Shown piece after piece: positions 42,150 to 52,582 of a stretch of DNA of 64,000 nt. The first letter of the stretch is position 1. Every line of letters begins with the position of its first letter. The notes beneath the pieces are model-generated. The model had not been told where the DNA came from. It was given only the letters and a program-made list of their open reading frames with translations, and did no database searches. Both the position numbers and the translations under genes were made by a program. This DNA comes from a virus, in the IMG/VR virus record IMGVR_UViG_3300042547_000432. One strand, written 5' to 3'.

Positions 42150-43199
42150 TTATACTACCTCACAACTCTCAATATATAGGGACTTCATAACGCTTTTTAA
42201 TTTTGCTTTGTCTACGGCAATCTCTACCTCATCAATATATTCGTTAAGAAGTGTGAGTGTGTCTTTGATTTCTACATTCTCATCATCCTCCACAAAAGAA
42301 TCATTCACAAGTGTCTCAACAATTTTAACATCATGTGGTTGAGTAGCAAATACAGAGTCAACAAACTTCTCAAACTCTGTATAGTCTTTCTTATCTTCTA
42401 CGATAATCTTGACAAAAGAATTTGAACACTCACTGGTATCGAAGCTGAGATGAGAACCAGTAGAATCATTGTAATAGATTTTCTGGAAAATCTCATAAGG
42501 GTTCTTGACCCGCTTGAGTTTATTTGTCTTTGGTTCATAGAGATGAAATCCTCGCTCGTCTTTATAATCATTCCAGAACATCTGGTAAGGATTACCCAGA
42601 TAAGTGATGTTACCTCTGGATGATTTGTGGTGGTAGTGTCCCGAGAATACTTGTTTAAACTTTTTAAAAATCTTAGGATCCATACCATGTTCCTGTGTAT
42701 TTCCAGGAGTCACTTCAAAACCAGATAGTTCAAGGTGACCCATAGCAATCTCAGCACTGGTCCCTTCAAGATGCTTCATGGTATCATCATAATTGCTGGA
42801 GTTAATCCAAGGCAACATAAGAATCTTAGCACCATCAATCATTACTGTCTCTGGATGAGCGTAGATTTCAATGTTGCTGAAGTCCTTGAGTAGAAGTTCG
42901 GGTGAGTTAATCTCGTTAGTGTTTTTATAGTAGACGCAATGATTACCAAGAATCATGTGAACGAAGATACCCATGTCTTCAAGGCGTTGAAAATAATGTT
43001 GGCGAACCCTATTCCAAACATTAAAATCAATCCCCTTACGATTATCAAACGTATCACCGAGGTCAATAACAGTTTTGATTCCGTGTCTCTCCAGTGTTGG
43101 GAAGAAGATGTCGTCGTAGAATTTTTTGAAGTATTCCCAAAACGCAACACTACCTTTCCTCCCGTCAAGATGTTGGTCAGTAATCAAAGCTACGGTCAT
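42150..43199 (-). CDS. g47: Recombination nuclease subunit gp47 (Mre11/SbcD-like)
   Basis: ITDQH, DLGDTFD, GNH, FSGHYH. Confidence 0.97.
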   Translation of the reverse strand: MTVALITDQHLDGRKGSVAFWEYFKKFYDDIFFPTLERHGIKTVIDLGDTFDNRKGIDFNVWNRVRQHYFQRLEDMGIFVHMILGNHCVYYKNTNEINSPELLLKDFSNIEIYAHPETVMIDGAKILMLPWINSSNYDDTMKHLEGTSAEIAMGHLELSGFEVTPGNTQEHGMDPKIFKKFKQVFSGHYHHKSSRGNITYLGNPYQMFWNDYKDERGFHLYEPKTNKLKRVKNPYEIFQKIYYNDSTGSHLSFDTSECSNSFVKIIVEDKKDYTEFEKFVDSVFATQPHDVKIVETLVNDSFVEDDENVEIKDTLTLLNEYIDEVEIAVDKAKLKSVMKSLYIESCEVV

Positions 43200-43714
43200 C
43201 GTTTAGATCTCATTTCAAGGTTTTCTTTGATGCTGTTCATGTCAGCACTACTGCTATTATATCCTATCATGTCACCACTGTAACTGTCTGTATGCAAAAC
43301 TTCATCATATCCAGAACGCTCAAGCAATTTATTTTTTGTTTCTAATTGCTTTTTCTCTTTAGCAATTCTACGAAGAAACGCAAAATATATCATTTGTGTA
43401 AAGTAAGCAAAAGGATTAGTAGATTTTGCTGGATCAAATCTATCAATATACTGTACACAATTTTCTACCGCATCACCTATCATATCATCCCTAAACATGT
43501 AATTTACAAAGTTAGGCTTGTAGGATAAATGCGTAGCAATTTTATAAAAACACTCCCCAATATAATTTGGAATACGTGGGCGCTGTGTTCCTTGTCTTGT
43601 TGCTTCGTCACACTGAAGTTTATAGACAACCAAAGCGTCCAAAAATTCTCTGTTGTTGACGTAGTTTTCTGTTTTCTTTTTGGTCATTTTTGACGCTATG
43701 GTACTGGTACTCAT
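43196..43714 (-). CDS. g55: Late sigma factor gp55
   Basis: YVNNREF, SYKPNFVNY, NPFAYFTQ..AFLRRI. Confidence 0.95.
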   Translation of the reverse strand: MSTSTIASKMTKKKTENYVNNREFLDALVVYKLQCDEATRQGTQRPRIPNYIGECFYKIATHLSYKPNFVNYMFRDDMIGDAVENCVQYIDRFDPAKSTNPFAYFTQMIYFAFLRRIAKEKKQLETKNKLLERSGYDEVLHTDSYSGDMIGYNSSSADMNSIKENLEMRSKR

Positions 43715-43737
43715 GAACTTAACCAATTTACAATACA

Positions 43738-43799
43738 ATTGTAGCATACGCTAACAAAATTGTAAAGGGCTTGACAAGACCTTCAATTCTGTGTATAAT
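43738..43799. promoter_or_regulatory. Back-to-back sigma70 promoters: - strand toward g55; + strand antisense
   Basis: - TTTACA-17-TACAAT (43766-43738); + TTGACA-17-TATAAT (43771-43799). Confidence 0.7.
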
Positions 43800-43814
43800 A
43801 GCAATGTGGCGCTT

Positions 43815-44231
43815 TCAAGATTTATTATAGATCTGTTCTAAAATACTTCTAGCTTCTTTAGTTGAACTGATGTATCCATCCATTATTCTTGTATCACGGC
43901 GGTGTCCTGGAATACCGCCGTTTTTTAACATGTGATCTTCTTGTTGTTTTCTTTGTAGATACTGTTCATAGAAGGAAACAATTCTACCGTCAGTCTCAAC
44001 CATTGTAACAATTTGATTACGAGGAATAATAAACATGTCTTCGTGTGTTGCTTGTATCCAAGATTGGAATTCAAATCCTTCTATTTTTATTCCCTTTTTT
44101 TTCATTTCAGTTCTAATTACAATCCTTGGATTAAAAATAATAATAACATCATCATCAGGATCATAGGAAACTTTTCCAACTAATTCTTCACTAGAAGTTA
44201 ATTTAATAGTGGCATAAAATTCTTCTTCCAT
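43815..44231 (-). CDS. Conserved hypothetical protein (Sm-like fold suspected)
   Basis: ATIKLTSSEELVGKV. Confidence 0.75.
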   Translation of the reverse strand: MEEEFYATIKLTSSEELVGKVSYDPDDDVIIIFNPRIVIRTEMKKKGIKIEGFEFQSWIQATHEDMFIIPRNQIVTMVETDGRIVSFYEQYLQRKQQEDHMLKNGGIPGHRRDTRIMDGYISSTKEARSILEQIYNKS

Positions 44232-44232
44232 A

Positions 44233-45711
44233 TTATCTTAAATCTATTTTAATAATTTCTACATTAAATTTTTCTTCCTCATAAATTTTTAAACGCTCAT
44301 CTAAATGTTTTAGCGTGTAATTTTTTTGTGGTGTTCTACAATACTCATCGGCAATGTCATAAAGAGTAGCGTAGGTTTTGTTGTTGCCCTTACGCAATAC
44401 ACGACCGATAGATTGTAAGTTTCTTACTCTTGATTTTGAAGGTGAAGCAAATACAACATTGTGTAGATTACGAATGTTGATGCCAGTGCTGAATGTTCCG
44501 TATGAAGCAACAATCACTGCGTTGTTTTCAGTTTCAGTGATGCGTCTAATCTCTTCGCGTTCTTCAGTGTCTACACCACCATAGACCAGAAAAACTTTAC
44601 GACCTTTTTCAACAACACTATTTATCGCCTCGTAAAGTGGCACTCCATGACGTTCCACATAGTTAAAGAGAACTAAAGAGTTACCTTCAAGATCACGCAC
44701 AAGATTTTTAATTAGACGATTGCGTTTTGGATTATCAACAATCGCATCAATCTCTCCTTGATAATCCCAGAACTCCATCTTCTCATGCTTGAGTAGGAGA
44801 ACTTTAATTCTAAAATCAGATAGGTGACCTTCTTTAATAAGCTTCTCTGTTTTAGTAACATGCTTACACTCACCAAACAATCCTTCCAACACCCACTTGT
44901 GTGTGGCAGAACCATCCAGTGTTCCAGTGAAACCGAAACGATATTTGGCTTCATGGAGTTTTGTCATGATGCCAGTGAGTGATTTGGATTTGAATAGATG
45001 TGCTTCGTCACCGATAACACACGAGAAATCATCAAACCAACGCTTAGGAAACTTGTAGATAGATTGCCAAGTGGAAATGATAACTGCTTTCTCTACGTTC
45101 TTATCTTTACCACCATAAATTTTATGGCAGTGTTCTTCTACATTCCAACCGTAGTCTTCGAAGTCTTTATACATCTGTTCCACCAGTGAAGTGGTGGGAA
45201 CAATGATAAGAGTTTTCTTCCCCGTTTGTTTATATTCAGATGCGTAGTAATAACGCACCAGAGAATAAATCATCAAAGACTTGCCTGAGGCAGTTGGAGA
45301 TAATAGGAGTCTGCGATTGTTTAGCAGTGCTTGATATACTGCTTGAACCTGATAATCGCGTGGTTCGTGGTTGGGGCATACAGCTGCCATGAAACCTTTT
45401 ACGCCTTCAAGCGTAATATGTTCATTCTTTTCTTCTACATCTCCATAGAACTTATTACCTTGATATTCTATTGAATAACCTTTAACTCCACTCCACTCTT
45501 TGAGGTGTGAGATGAGACCACAATAGAGCTCACCTGTTCCTGGAGAATAGAGTCTAATCTTACCGTCCCAGACACCACTTTTATATTGTGGCATAAACTT
45601 GGCATTAGGGATATCGAATGTAAAATAGTCTGCGAGTTCATAGTGAACATGTGGTTCTGCTTTGATTGTCAAGAAAATGTTGTTCTTTTTTGCGACGACC
45701 AGATTTGTCAT
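44233..45711 (-). CDS. uvsW: UvsW helicase
   Basis: PTASGKS, DEAH, TGT, QSIGRVLR. Confidence 0.97.
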   Translation of the reverse strand: MTNLVVAKKNNIFLTIKAEPHVHYELADYFTFDIPNAKFMPQYKSGVWDGKIRLYSPGTGELYCGLISHLKEWSGVKGYSIEYQGNKFYGDVEEKNEHITLEGVKGFMAAVCPNHEPRDYQVQAVYQALLNNRRLLLSPTASGKSLMIYSLVRYYYASEYKQTGKKTLIIVPTTSLVEQMYKDFEDYGWNVEEHCHKIYGGKDKNVEKAVIISTWQSIYKFPKRWFDDFSCVIGDEAHLFKSKSLTGIMTKLHEAKYRFGFTGTLDGSATHKWVLEGLFGECKHVTKTEKLIKEGHLSDFRIKVLLLKHEKMEFWDYQGEIDAIVDNPKRNRLIKNLVRDLEGNSLVLFNYVERHGVPLYEAINSVVEKGRKVFLVYGGVDTEEREEIRRITETENNAVIVASYGTFSTGINIRNLHNVVFASPSKSRVRNLQSIGRVLRKGNNKTYATLYDIADEYCRTPQKNYTLKHLDERLKIYEEEKFNVEIIKIDLR

Positions 45712-46187
45712 TAGGTGCTACCGTTAATAAATTTCTCCCACTCGATAGCGTTTTTAATTTGGAAACTTCTATTGGAAATCATTTTAAGAACATTATCCAA
45801 AAAGAAAAGTGCCTTATTAATAAACTCTATTTTCATTTCAATGTTAATTAAATCCTCATCCGCTTCCAAATATACTTTCATCTTCTCGGATGTTTTAATG
45901 GATTGTCCAAAAGGTTTTTCTTTATAAACTTCTGGGTCTGCTTCCCCTTGATAATATTCTCTTTTTTCTTTTAACTTCATACGATACTGGAATTCCAGTG
46001 CTGTTTTCTCTGTTGAGAAATCGTTGTAGAAGTTTAAATATTTATTGTGCTGATAAGGGATGTCTAGTGAAATTTGTGCTAGATCTGCTGAGTATTGTTT
46101 GTTTTTAAACTGGAAGTCAATATGTGAATCTTCTTGCCATTCTGATTTAACATGATTAAAAAGAGTTTTCAAATCATCAAATTTCAT
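45711..46187 (-). CDS. uvsY: UvsY recombination mediator
   Basis: HNKYL..YLEADEDL..RSFQIKNAIEW. Confidence 0.9.
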   Translation of the reverse strand: MKFDDLKTLFNHVKSEWQEDSHIDFQFKNKQYSADLAQISLDIPYQHNKYLNFYNDFSTEKTALEFQYRMKLKEKREYYQGEADPEVYKEKPFGQSIKTSEKMKVYLEADEDLINIEMKIEFINKALFFLDNVLKMISNRSFQIKNAIEWEKFINGST

Positions 46188-46190
46188 AAA

Positions 46191-46706
46191 TTAAATTCTC
46201 CTGTTGTTTTTGTTTGTGAAGTAATAGGTTGTAAATTTAAATACTACGTCAGCAGTCAAATAATCTACATCTCTATCTTCTACATCAAATGATAGTTCTG
46301 TCAAAGACGTTGGAAAAATATTCTCAAATTCTACAATAATATTTGGATTAAAATTGCTATTTAAAATTTGTAATTGAGCATTAGAATATTCTGGAATTTC
46401 TTGGTCGTCCATTTCTTCTGCTAAATTATTTTTTCTAATCCATTTCCAGATGGTCAAATAATTACTTAAATCTTCGTCAACAATAAATTTTAAATTTAAA
46501 TCTCCGTATTCAACTCCACCAGATGCTGGTAGAGCAATGCTTCTATATCTTGTTGGTGCCTCTACTGTTCCAACAGAAATGTCTGGAAGATTTGCTCGTT
46601 GACAGAAAAAATCTACACCAGCAAAAATATCAAGATTCATCTTGAATCCTGCTGGGGCAAGAAAATTTCTATTTGTTGGTTGCTCGTTATACCACTTAGC
46701 AGACAT
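46191..46706 (-). CDS. g3: Tail completion / tube terminator gp3
   Basis: NFLAPAGF..FFCQRANLP..FIVDEDLSNY. Confidence 0.88.
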   Translation of the reverse strand: MSAKWYNEQPTNRNFLAPAGFKMNLDIFAGVDFFCQRANLPDISVGTVEAPTRYRSIALPASGGVEYGDLNLKFIVDEDLSNYLTIWKWIRKNNLAEEMDDQEIPEYSNAQLQILNSNFNPNIIVEFENIFPTSLTELSFDVEDRDVDYLTADVVFKFTTYYFTNKNNRRI

Positions 46707-46744
46707 AACTTTATGTTTTTTTACTATTTATTTCCATAAAAAAA

Positions 46745-46762
46745 GACCCCCTTTCGGGGGTC
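46745..46762 (-). terminator. Terminator after g23
   Basis: GACCCCC-GAAA-GGGGGTC-T6. Confidence 0.9.
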
Positions 46763-46780
46763 AATGTATTTACCTGAAAA

Positions 46781-48199
46781 TCAGGTGAGGTTGATAACTT
46801 TAACTCTTCTGTAATACTGGTTGGTATTAGCAGTGAGAGCAGAACCATCAGGAGTAGCACCAGCGATACCGTTGCTATTTGTAGTTGAAACGAATGGGTT
46901 GCTGACCATACCGTAACGAGTCTTGAAGCCAATCTTAGGCTGGAAGGTGTCAGGGTTGATCGAACGAACCATTTGGAGAGGAACGTATGGGCAATAGAAG
47001 AGACCAGCATCATAAGGTGATGTGCCCTTGTAACCCATGACGTAGTAGTGCTTAGCAGCTTGTGACTGACTATAGATAGGAGCACCGAATGGATCAATGT
47101 AAACACGGATACCACCCTGAAGAACACCAGCAAATACGTTACCAGTGTCATCAACGTTGAGTGAAGTGTTGAGAGCAGGAGCGTAATCAAGCATACCAGC
47201 CATTGACATGGCGGAAGCAACGTCTGCTGAGCAGATCATGAAGTTGCCCTTACCACGACGGGTTAGTTGACCGATAGCGTTTGCGTCACGCTGAATTTGG
47301 AATAGAAGACCCTTGAACTTCTCTGCCATCCAACGACCGTTTGAATCAATGTCAAGGTCGAAAGTACCTTGAGTAGCAACGTCGTTCTGAGCGCCAGGAA
47401 GGGCAACAGTGTAGACGGTACGGATGATTTCACGGTTGATCTCAGCGAGGATTTCGCTTGAGAGGATGTTAGCAAGCTCTTGCTCAGCATCAAGACCATG
47501 GATTGCCTTGAGGTCTTGTGCTAGCTCTAGGGTGTACTCAGCCTTGAGAGCGCGTGTCTTAGCAGTCACCGAGGTCTTCTCGATGCTGAATGCCATCTCG
47601 CGGAAGAGTGTACCAGCTTCGCCAAGAACTTCTGAATTTTCACGAGTTAGTGAAGTTGTACCGCGCTCGTAAGTACCAGGAGTGCCGTCGTTAAGAACAG
47701 CTGGGTTGTTGCCCTCAGCATCGCCACCTGAACCAGCAGCGGAACGAACGTTATAAGCACCAGCAGTTGCGTCGGAACCACCCGAGAATCCTGCGTCTGG
47801 CTCGTAGTAGAGAGCTTCAGCGCCATTTTGGTTCTCATAGCGAGCACGCATTGCGAAAATAAGTCCAGTAGGACCGCTCATTGGTTGAACGCCAGCGATG
47901 TCGTAAGCGACAAGGTTAGGCATTGAACGGCGGATTAGGCTGATTAGGATAGGATCGAAACCAGCAAGACCAGCGGTGTTGCTTGAAGATAGAGCTGAAC
48001 CAGCAGGTGATACAGTTCCAGCGCCGAGTGAGTTAACGGCAACCTCGTTGAGCATACCATGCTCTTCGCGGATTGCACGCTCTTGGTTTTCTAGCAGGGT
48101 GGCAACTACCTGTCTGCGATATGCGTCCTTGATTTCAGGAAGGTCTTTGTGACCGAGAACAGGTGCCCACTTTTCCTGCAAAATTCTAGTGTCAGACAT
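46781..48199 (-). CDS. g23: Major capsid protein gp23
   Basis: GVQPMSGPTGLIFAMR, ELAQDLKAIHGLDAE, FQPKIGFKTRYG. Confidence 0.99.
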   Translation of the reverse strand: MSDTRILQEKWAPVLGHKDLPEIKDAYRRQVVATLLENQERAIREEHGMLNEVAVNSLGAGTVSPAGSALSSSNTAGLAGFDPILISLIRRSMPNLVAYDIAGVQPMSGPTGLIFAMRARYENQNGAEALYYEPDAGFSGGSDATAGAYNVRSAAGSGGDAEGNNPAVLNDGTPGTYERGTTSLTRENSEVLGEAGTLFREMAFSIEKTSVTAKTRALKAEYTLELAQDLKAIHGLDAEQELANILSSEILAEINREIIRTVYTVALPGAQNDVATQGTFDLDIDSNGRWMAEKFKGLLFQIQRDANAIGQLTRRGKGNFMICSADVASAMSMAGMLDYAPALNTSLNVDDTGNVFAGVLQGGIRVYIDPFGAPIYSQSQAAKHYYVMGYKGTSPYDAGLFYCPYVPLQMVRSINPDTFQPKIGFKTRYGMVSNPFVSTTNSNGIAGATPDGSALTANTNQYYRRVKVINLT

Positions 48200-48246
48200 T
48201 TTGCTTTTACTCCGTTGAGTGATTGGGTTAAAATTATTTATTATTA

Positions 48247-49374
48247 TCAGTTGCTCCAGCGTGAAATCGCCTGAAGATAAGCAGCCATTACTGGTGATAC
48301 TTCTTCGGATGATTGTTCGCCTGAGACTTCAGAAATTGCTTGTTCAGTTACAACATGCTTAGGGAAGTAACTTGAAATGAGAGTGGAAACTTTATTGCGG
48401 AAGTCTTCTTCCGAAACAAATTCTACACCTTCAGCAAGAGAAACAAGCTTTTCTCTTTGGGTATCAACTAGTCCCTCGCTCATCTGATTGAGGATTACGG
48501 TTTTTTGATAACCAGCGAGTTTATTATTAAGATCAATATTACGCTCAATCTGTTCGTTGAGACGACCTTCCATTTCACAAAGCTCCTCAGTCATTGTTTC
48601 TACAACATTGACTTTCTCCTCGGGGAGATTGAGGTAGTTATCTTCAAAAACTTTTTTGAGACCACCCATGAACTCTTCAGCGATCTCAAGCTTGAGACCA
48701 GCATCAAGAGCTACTTGGTTTTCTTCTACCCAAGTGGTGATTGCGTAGTTGAGTGTTTCGTCAACTTTCTCTGAGAGAGCAGCAATCTCTTCTTGGAGTT
48801 TTGTGGAGAATTGCTCTTCTAGAGTTGAAGCAATAGCATTTACTTGCTCTTCGATGCGTGACTTAACAGCAGCTTCGAAAATTGTAGTTGCTTTTGCTTT
48901 GAACTCTTCGGAAAACTCTTCGCCTTCGGTAAGGGCAGCAACGTCTTCCGCAGCGGAATATTCGATTGCTTCCATACCAAATACTTTTACGTTATTTGGA
49001 CCACCAGGAATCTGGTAACCAGATGACTTAACCGATGGAGCTGGATCTTGATGCTTCCCACGGGTTTGCTGATCGCTAACCTTTGAATTATGGTTAGATG
49101 ACTTAGCACCAGGATTTGATTCACCCTGAGGCTTCTCAAAGGTTGAACCACCGTCATCCTCTTCCGATTGACCAGGAGCAACGGAGGTTGGGATTTCAAA
49201 TCCTGAGTCTTTATGACCACCGCGAGTTTGAGCATCGCTTACAGCAGCACCAACTGGTTGCATGTACTGAGTGCCTGAAGATTGACCAGGAACGATTGAA
49301 GGGGAGAGCGCACTAGTGCCAACTTCTGACTCAGTTACAAGCTCCTCAAACTTTTCGTTTAAGTTATCTGACAT
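48247..49374 (-). CDS. g22: Prohead core scaffold gp22
   Basis: FKAKATTIFEAAV; position between g21 and g23. Confidence 0.9.
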   Translation of the reverse strand: MSDNLNEKFEELVTESEVGTSALSPSIVPGQSSGTQYMQPVGAAVSDAQTRGGHKDSGFEIPTSVAPGQSEEDDGGSTFEKPQGESNPGAKSSNHNSKVSDQQTRGKHQDPAPSVKSSGYQIPGGPNNVKVFGMEAIEYSAAEDVAALTEGEEFSEEFKAKATTIFEAAVKSRIEEQVNAIASTLEEQFSTKLQEEIAALSEKVDETLNYAITTWVEENQVALDAGLKLEIAEEFMGGLKKVFEDNYLNLPEEKVNVVETMTEELCEMEGRLNEQIERNIDLNNKLAGYQKTVILNQMSEGLVDTQREKLVSLAEGVEFVSEEDFRNKVSTLISSYFPKHVVTEQAISEVSGEQSSEEVSPVMAAYLQAISRWSN

Positions 49375-49426
49375 TTGAGATTCCTCGTAATTCTAATATG
49401 TGTTTATTCTACAATTATTTATTAAA

Positions 49427-50071
49427 TTATAAACTTTGTAAGAAGTGGTTGAACGCTTTCAACGACCTCTCTTCAATATTTTTTCTGGTAGATTCAGAAA
49501 TATATTTATGATATTTAGCAACATTAACCTCTTTAATGATGCCATTTTCCCAAACCCACTCTTTTCCTTCCATAATTCCGTTCACAAAAGCGTCAGGTGC
49601 GGAGGGATCTGCTACAATATCAGCAGCAGTTGCGAGCATAAAATCATCACGTACATAATTGGCACCGTTCTTCTCTTCGATAGAACCCATGCCTCTAGAA
49701 GAAACGCCAAGCTTAACTCCTGATTCCAGTAGTGACTTAGCAATGTTTCCCATTGGTGTATTTAGGATCTGTGCTTTACCGATAAAATTTGAACCTTCTG
49801 CTTTGAGAGAAACAATTTTATGCGACACACGATCTAGGTTTACAGTAGGACCATCGGGATGACCTAGTTCACCGAGAGCACGACCAACGTTTACATACTG
49901 TTCGTTGTATCTACCAACTTCACGCTCAAGAACGCCAAATGGATAAACGCGACCATTGCGATTTTTAATATCTCCCTGAAGGAACACACCTTCGATATGG
50001 AGAATTTTTCTTCCGTTTGATTCTTCTTCGAGGATCTGAATATCCTCAATACTCTCGGTGATTAGTTTCAT
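49427..50071 (-). CDS. g21: Prohead protease gp21
   Basis: NRNGRVY, GELGHP, GVSSRGMGS, DPSAP. Confidence 0.97.
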   Translation of the reverse strand: MKLITESIEDIQILEEESNGRKILHIEGVFLQGDIKNRNGRVYPFGVLEREVGRYNEQYVNVGRALGELGHPDGPTVNLDRVSHKIVSLKAEGSNFIGKAQILNTPMGNIAKSLLESGVKLGVSSRGMGSIEEKNGANYVRDDFMLATAADIVADPSAPDAFVNGIMEGKEWVWENGIIKEVNVAKYHKYISESTRKNIEERSLKAFNHFLQSL

Positions 50072-50268
50072 TGTTCTGATTCCTCTGCGGATGTTTCTTC
50101 CACCTCCTCTTCTGGAGATTCTGGTTCATCAAAAAAAGTTTGAGCAACTACTTGTTTGTAATCTTTCATTGCCTCTGCTGCTTTTCCGTAGAGGATATCA
50201 GCAATTTTATCAAGTGCTTGAACTCTGTCGCCGTTGCGAACGGCATTTACAACTTCAATAGTGTCCAT
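50068..50268 (-). CDS. Small prohead core protein (gp67/68-like position)
   Basis: Acidic 66 aa between g20 and g21. Confidence 0.7.
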   Translation of the reverse strand: MDTIEVVNAVRNGDRVQALDKIADILYGKAAEAMKDYKQVVAQTFFDEPESPEEEVEETSAEESEQ

Positions 50269-50291
50269 TTAATTTACCTATAATAAATTAT

Positions 50292-51917
50292 TTATTGTTC
50301 TGATGTTTTAGGTTTTGGTGCTGCAACAGGTGCTGGTGGTGGTGGCGGTAAAGCACCAATCTCCAAAGATGCTGCATTCATCAAGTTTGTGTGAACTGGG
50401 TCTGGAATTTTCCCTTCGGAAATTTCATTTTCCATTTGTTTGGAAATTTCTTCATACTCAGCATCAGATTGCATTAAAACTTGCTTTCTGACATATTCAA
50501 TCGAATAGTATTTACCCAAAAATGGATCTAATGCGGTAGCAACTTGGAGACGATTATTCATCAACTCTGCTTGCTTAAGTTCTTCAAAGTGATTATCAAA
50601 TTGATAATCATATTGAATATGTTCTTGCATCTCTTCCCAATCTTCGGGAGCAATAATTCCCTTTAGAATCAGTTGAGTTTTTAACATATCGTGGAATAAT
50701 CCACTGAATTTTTTACGAAGTCTCGCAATCCACTTCGCAAATTTAAGCTCATCACGAAGAATTTCTGATGAACGACCTAGAGAAAATCCTTGATTGGCGT
50801 CATCTAAACGTGATGGCGGGAGATTGAGGGAGTTGTATAATTTCTTTTTGAAGTATTCAACATCTTTAAGTTCGCCAAGATTTTGACCACCAGGAAGAGT
50901 AGTGATCTCAGTTCCTCTACCACCTTCGCGGCGAGGTAGCCAGAAATCTTCAAGCATACTCATATGCTTTTTGTCATCGCGGATTTCTCCAGTGGCAGCA
51001 TCGTATACAAGTTTGTTGCGGTAACGTGCCATTACCTCTCTGAGATATTGCTCTGCTTTTACTTTGGGTAGATTGCCAACATCAATGTAGAAAATTCTGC
51101 GTTCTGGTGCGCGTGAGAGTCTGTAGATAACCAGCGCATCTTCAATCATGCGTAACTGGTTGAGTGCCTTGATGGATTTGTGAAGGAAACTCAAGGTCAT
51201 CTTTTTGTTATAATCTTGAATGCCAGAGGTAATAAAAGTTATAGCATCATTTGCGATTCTAACACCAGTACCCACATTGTTGGTATCAAAAGAAGAAGCA
51301 ATAAAACCTCTAGGATTATACATGTAGAATTCTACATAGTCTCCAAAATCATATCTTGCTGCTCCATCCATCACCGTAGCGTTAGCAGTGACAGTGCTTA
51401 ATTTTGGATCTTTATTTTGAACTCGTACCTTTTTAATTTTTAACGGATCTATGTATCTGAGTTCAGTAATACCAGCCTTAGGATTTGCTAAATCAATTAC
51501 TTTGTGATAAAACATTCTACCATCTACATACCAAGTTCTAAAAATTTCATGTGCTCTAGTATCAAAAGCAAGAAGTCTTTTGATGTAATCAAATTCTTCA
51601 CGAATTTTTTTCTTTATTGATTCGCTTACTTCGAGATTAGAAAGTTCTATTTGAACTGGAGAATCATCTAAACTTGAATTAATTGCTTCATTCACAATTT
51701 CGTCAATCGCAGAGTCAACCTCTGGATGCATCGCCATATCACGATAGCGCCTAATGAGATCAAACTCATTACGCGCTATACCGTCTATATCTACATACGA
51801 ACCAAAATAACCACCAGCTACGGTGGTTACCGAATCATCTGCGTTAGGAGGAACTGGAGATTGACCTCTCAGCTCCTCCTGTTTAGATTTAATTGAGAAT
51901 CCAAATAACTGACTCAT
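50292..51917 (-). CDS. g20: Portal protein gp20
   Basis: YRLSRAPERRIFYIDVGNLP, EDFWLPRREGGRGTEI. Confidence 0.99.
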   Translation of the reverse strand: MSQLFGFSIKSKQEELRGQSPVPPNADDSVTTVAGGYFGSYVDIDGIARNEFDLIRRYRDMAMHPEVDSAIDEIVNEAINSSLDDSPVQIELSNLEVSESIKKKIREEFDYIKRLLAFDTRAHEIFRTWYVDGRMFYHKVIDLANPKAGITELRYIDPLKIKKVRVQNKDPKLSTVTANATVMDGAARYDFGDYVEFYMYNPRGFIASSFDTNNVGTGVRIANDAITFITSGIQDYNKKMTLSFLHKSIKALNQLRMIEDALVIYRLSRAPERRIFYIDVGNLPKVKAEQYLREVMARYRNKLVYDAATGEIRDDKKHMSMLEDFWLPRREGGRGTEITTLPGGQNLGELKDVEYFKKKLYNSLNLPPSRLDDANQGFSLGRSSEILRDELKFAKWIARLRKKFSGLFHDMLKTQLILKGIIAPEDWEEMQEHIQYDYQFDNHFEELKQAELMNNRLQVATALDPFLGKYYSIEYVRKQVLMQSDAEYEEISKQMENEISEGKIPDPVHTNLMNAASLEIGALPPPPPAPVAAPKPKTSEQ

Positions 51918-51950
51918 GTTTAAAGTTATATCACTTACTCTAGTTATTTA

Positions 51951-52550
51951 TCAATCTTCAATTCCGCCTGGTGATCTACCCTTTCTTCCATTTTCAACTT
52001 CCCAGTACTGAAGTTGGAATTCAACTGTAAAGTCTTCAATCTGATCATTGCTATCGTAGGCAAGATCAATTTGAGAAATGTTAGTTGGGAAACAACCCCA
52101 AAGAGTATATTCTCTAATAACTGATCCAGTTTCGCTGCTATCTCTCTCAAGTTGTTTTACGTGAAGATCGGCAGTATATCCTGTTGAAAACTCAGGAACA
52201 ATCAACTGTGCTCTATTTCCTTCGTGAGAATTAATCTTCGCCATCCAAGATTCCATGTAATGACGAATCTTGAAATCTTTATCATTAATAAATGTTGCTG
52301 TCCAAGTATCAAATGTTCTGTCACCAGCAATTTTTACAGTTCTTCCACGGAAAGGAACTTCAATTACACCTAGGTTGGAAGCAGGAAGAGCAGCAGACTT
52401 ACACAGAATGTTGACTAGTTTTCCATCTTCGCTAGAACCAGCTGGCAATCCAGCTGAATTAGGAAACACAATATCAACAAGGAATAAATTAGGTCTTACG
52501 CCTTGCTTAATAGTATTGAGAAAATCTTTAACGTTACTTTTGATGGTCAT
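51951..52550 (-). CDS. g19: Tail tube protein gp19
   Basis: RPNLF, PFRGRTVKIAGDRTFDTW, IEDFTVEF. Confidence 0.95.
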   Translation of the reverse strand: MTIKSNVKDFLNTIKQGVRPNLFLVDIVFPNSAGLPAGSSEDGKLVNILCKSAALPASNLGVIEVPFRGRTVKIAGDRTFDTWTATFINDKDFKIRHYMESWMAKINSHEGNRAQLIVPEFSTGYTADLHVKQLERDSSETGSVIREYTLWGCFPTNISQIDLAYDSNDQIEDFTVEFQLQYWEVENGRKGRSPGGIED

Positions 52551-52582
52551 TGTTTGTTTACCTCGTAATTAGTTTTTAAATA

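Noticed and set aside
43815-44231. Calling this ORF gp33
   Set aside because: No recognisable gp33 motifs; left as hypothetical.
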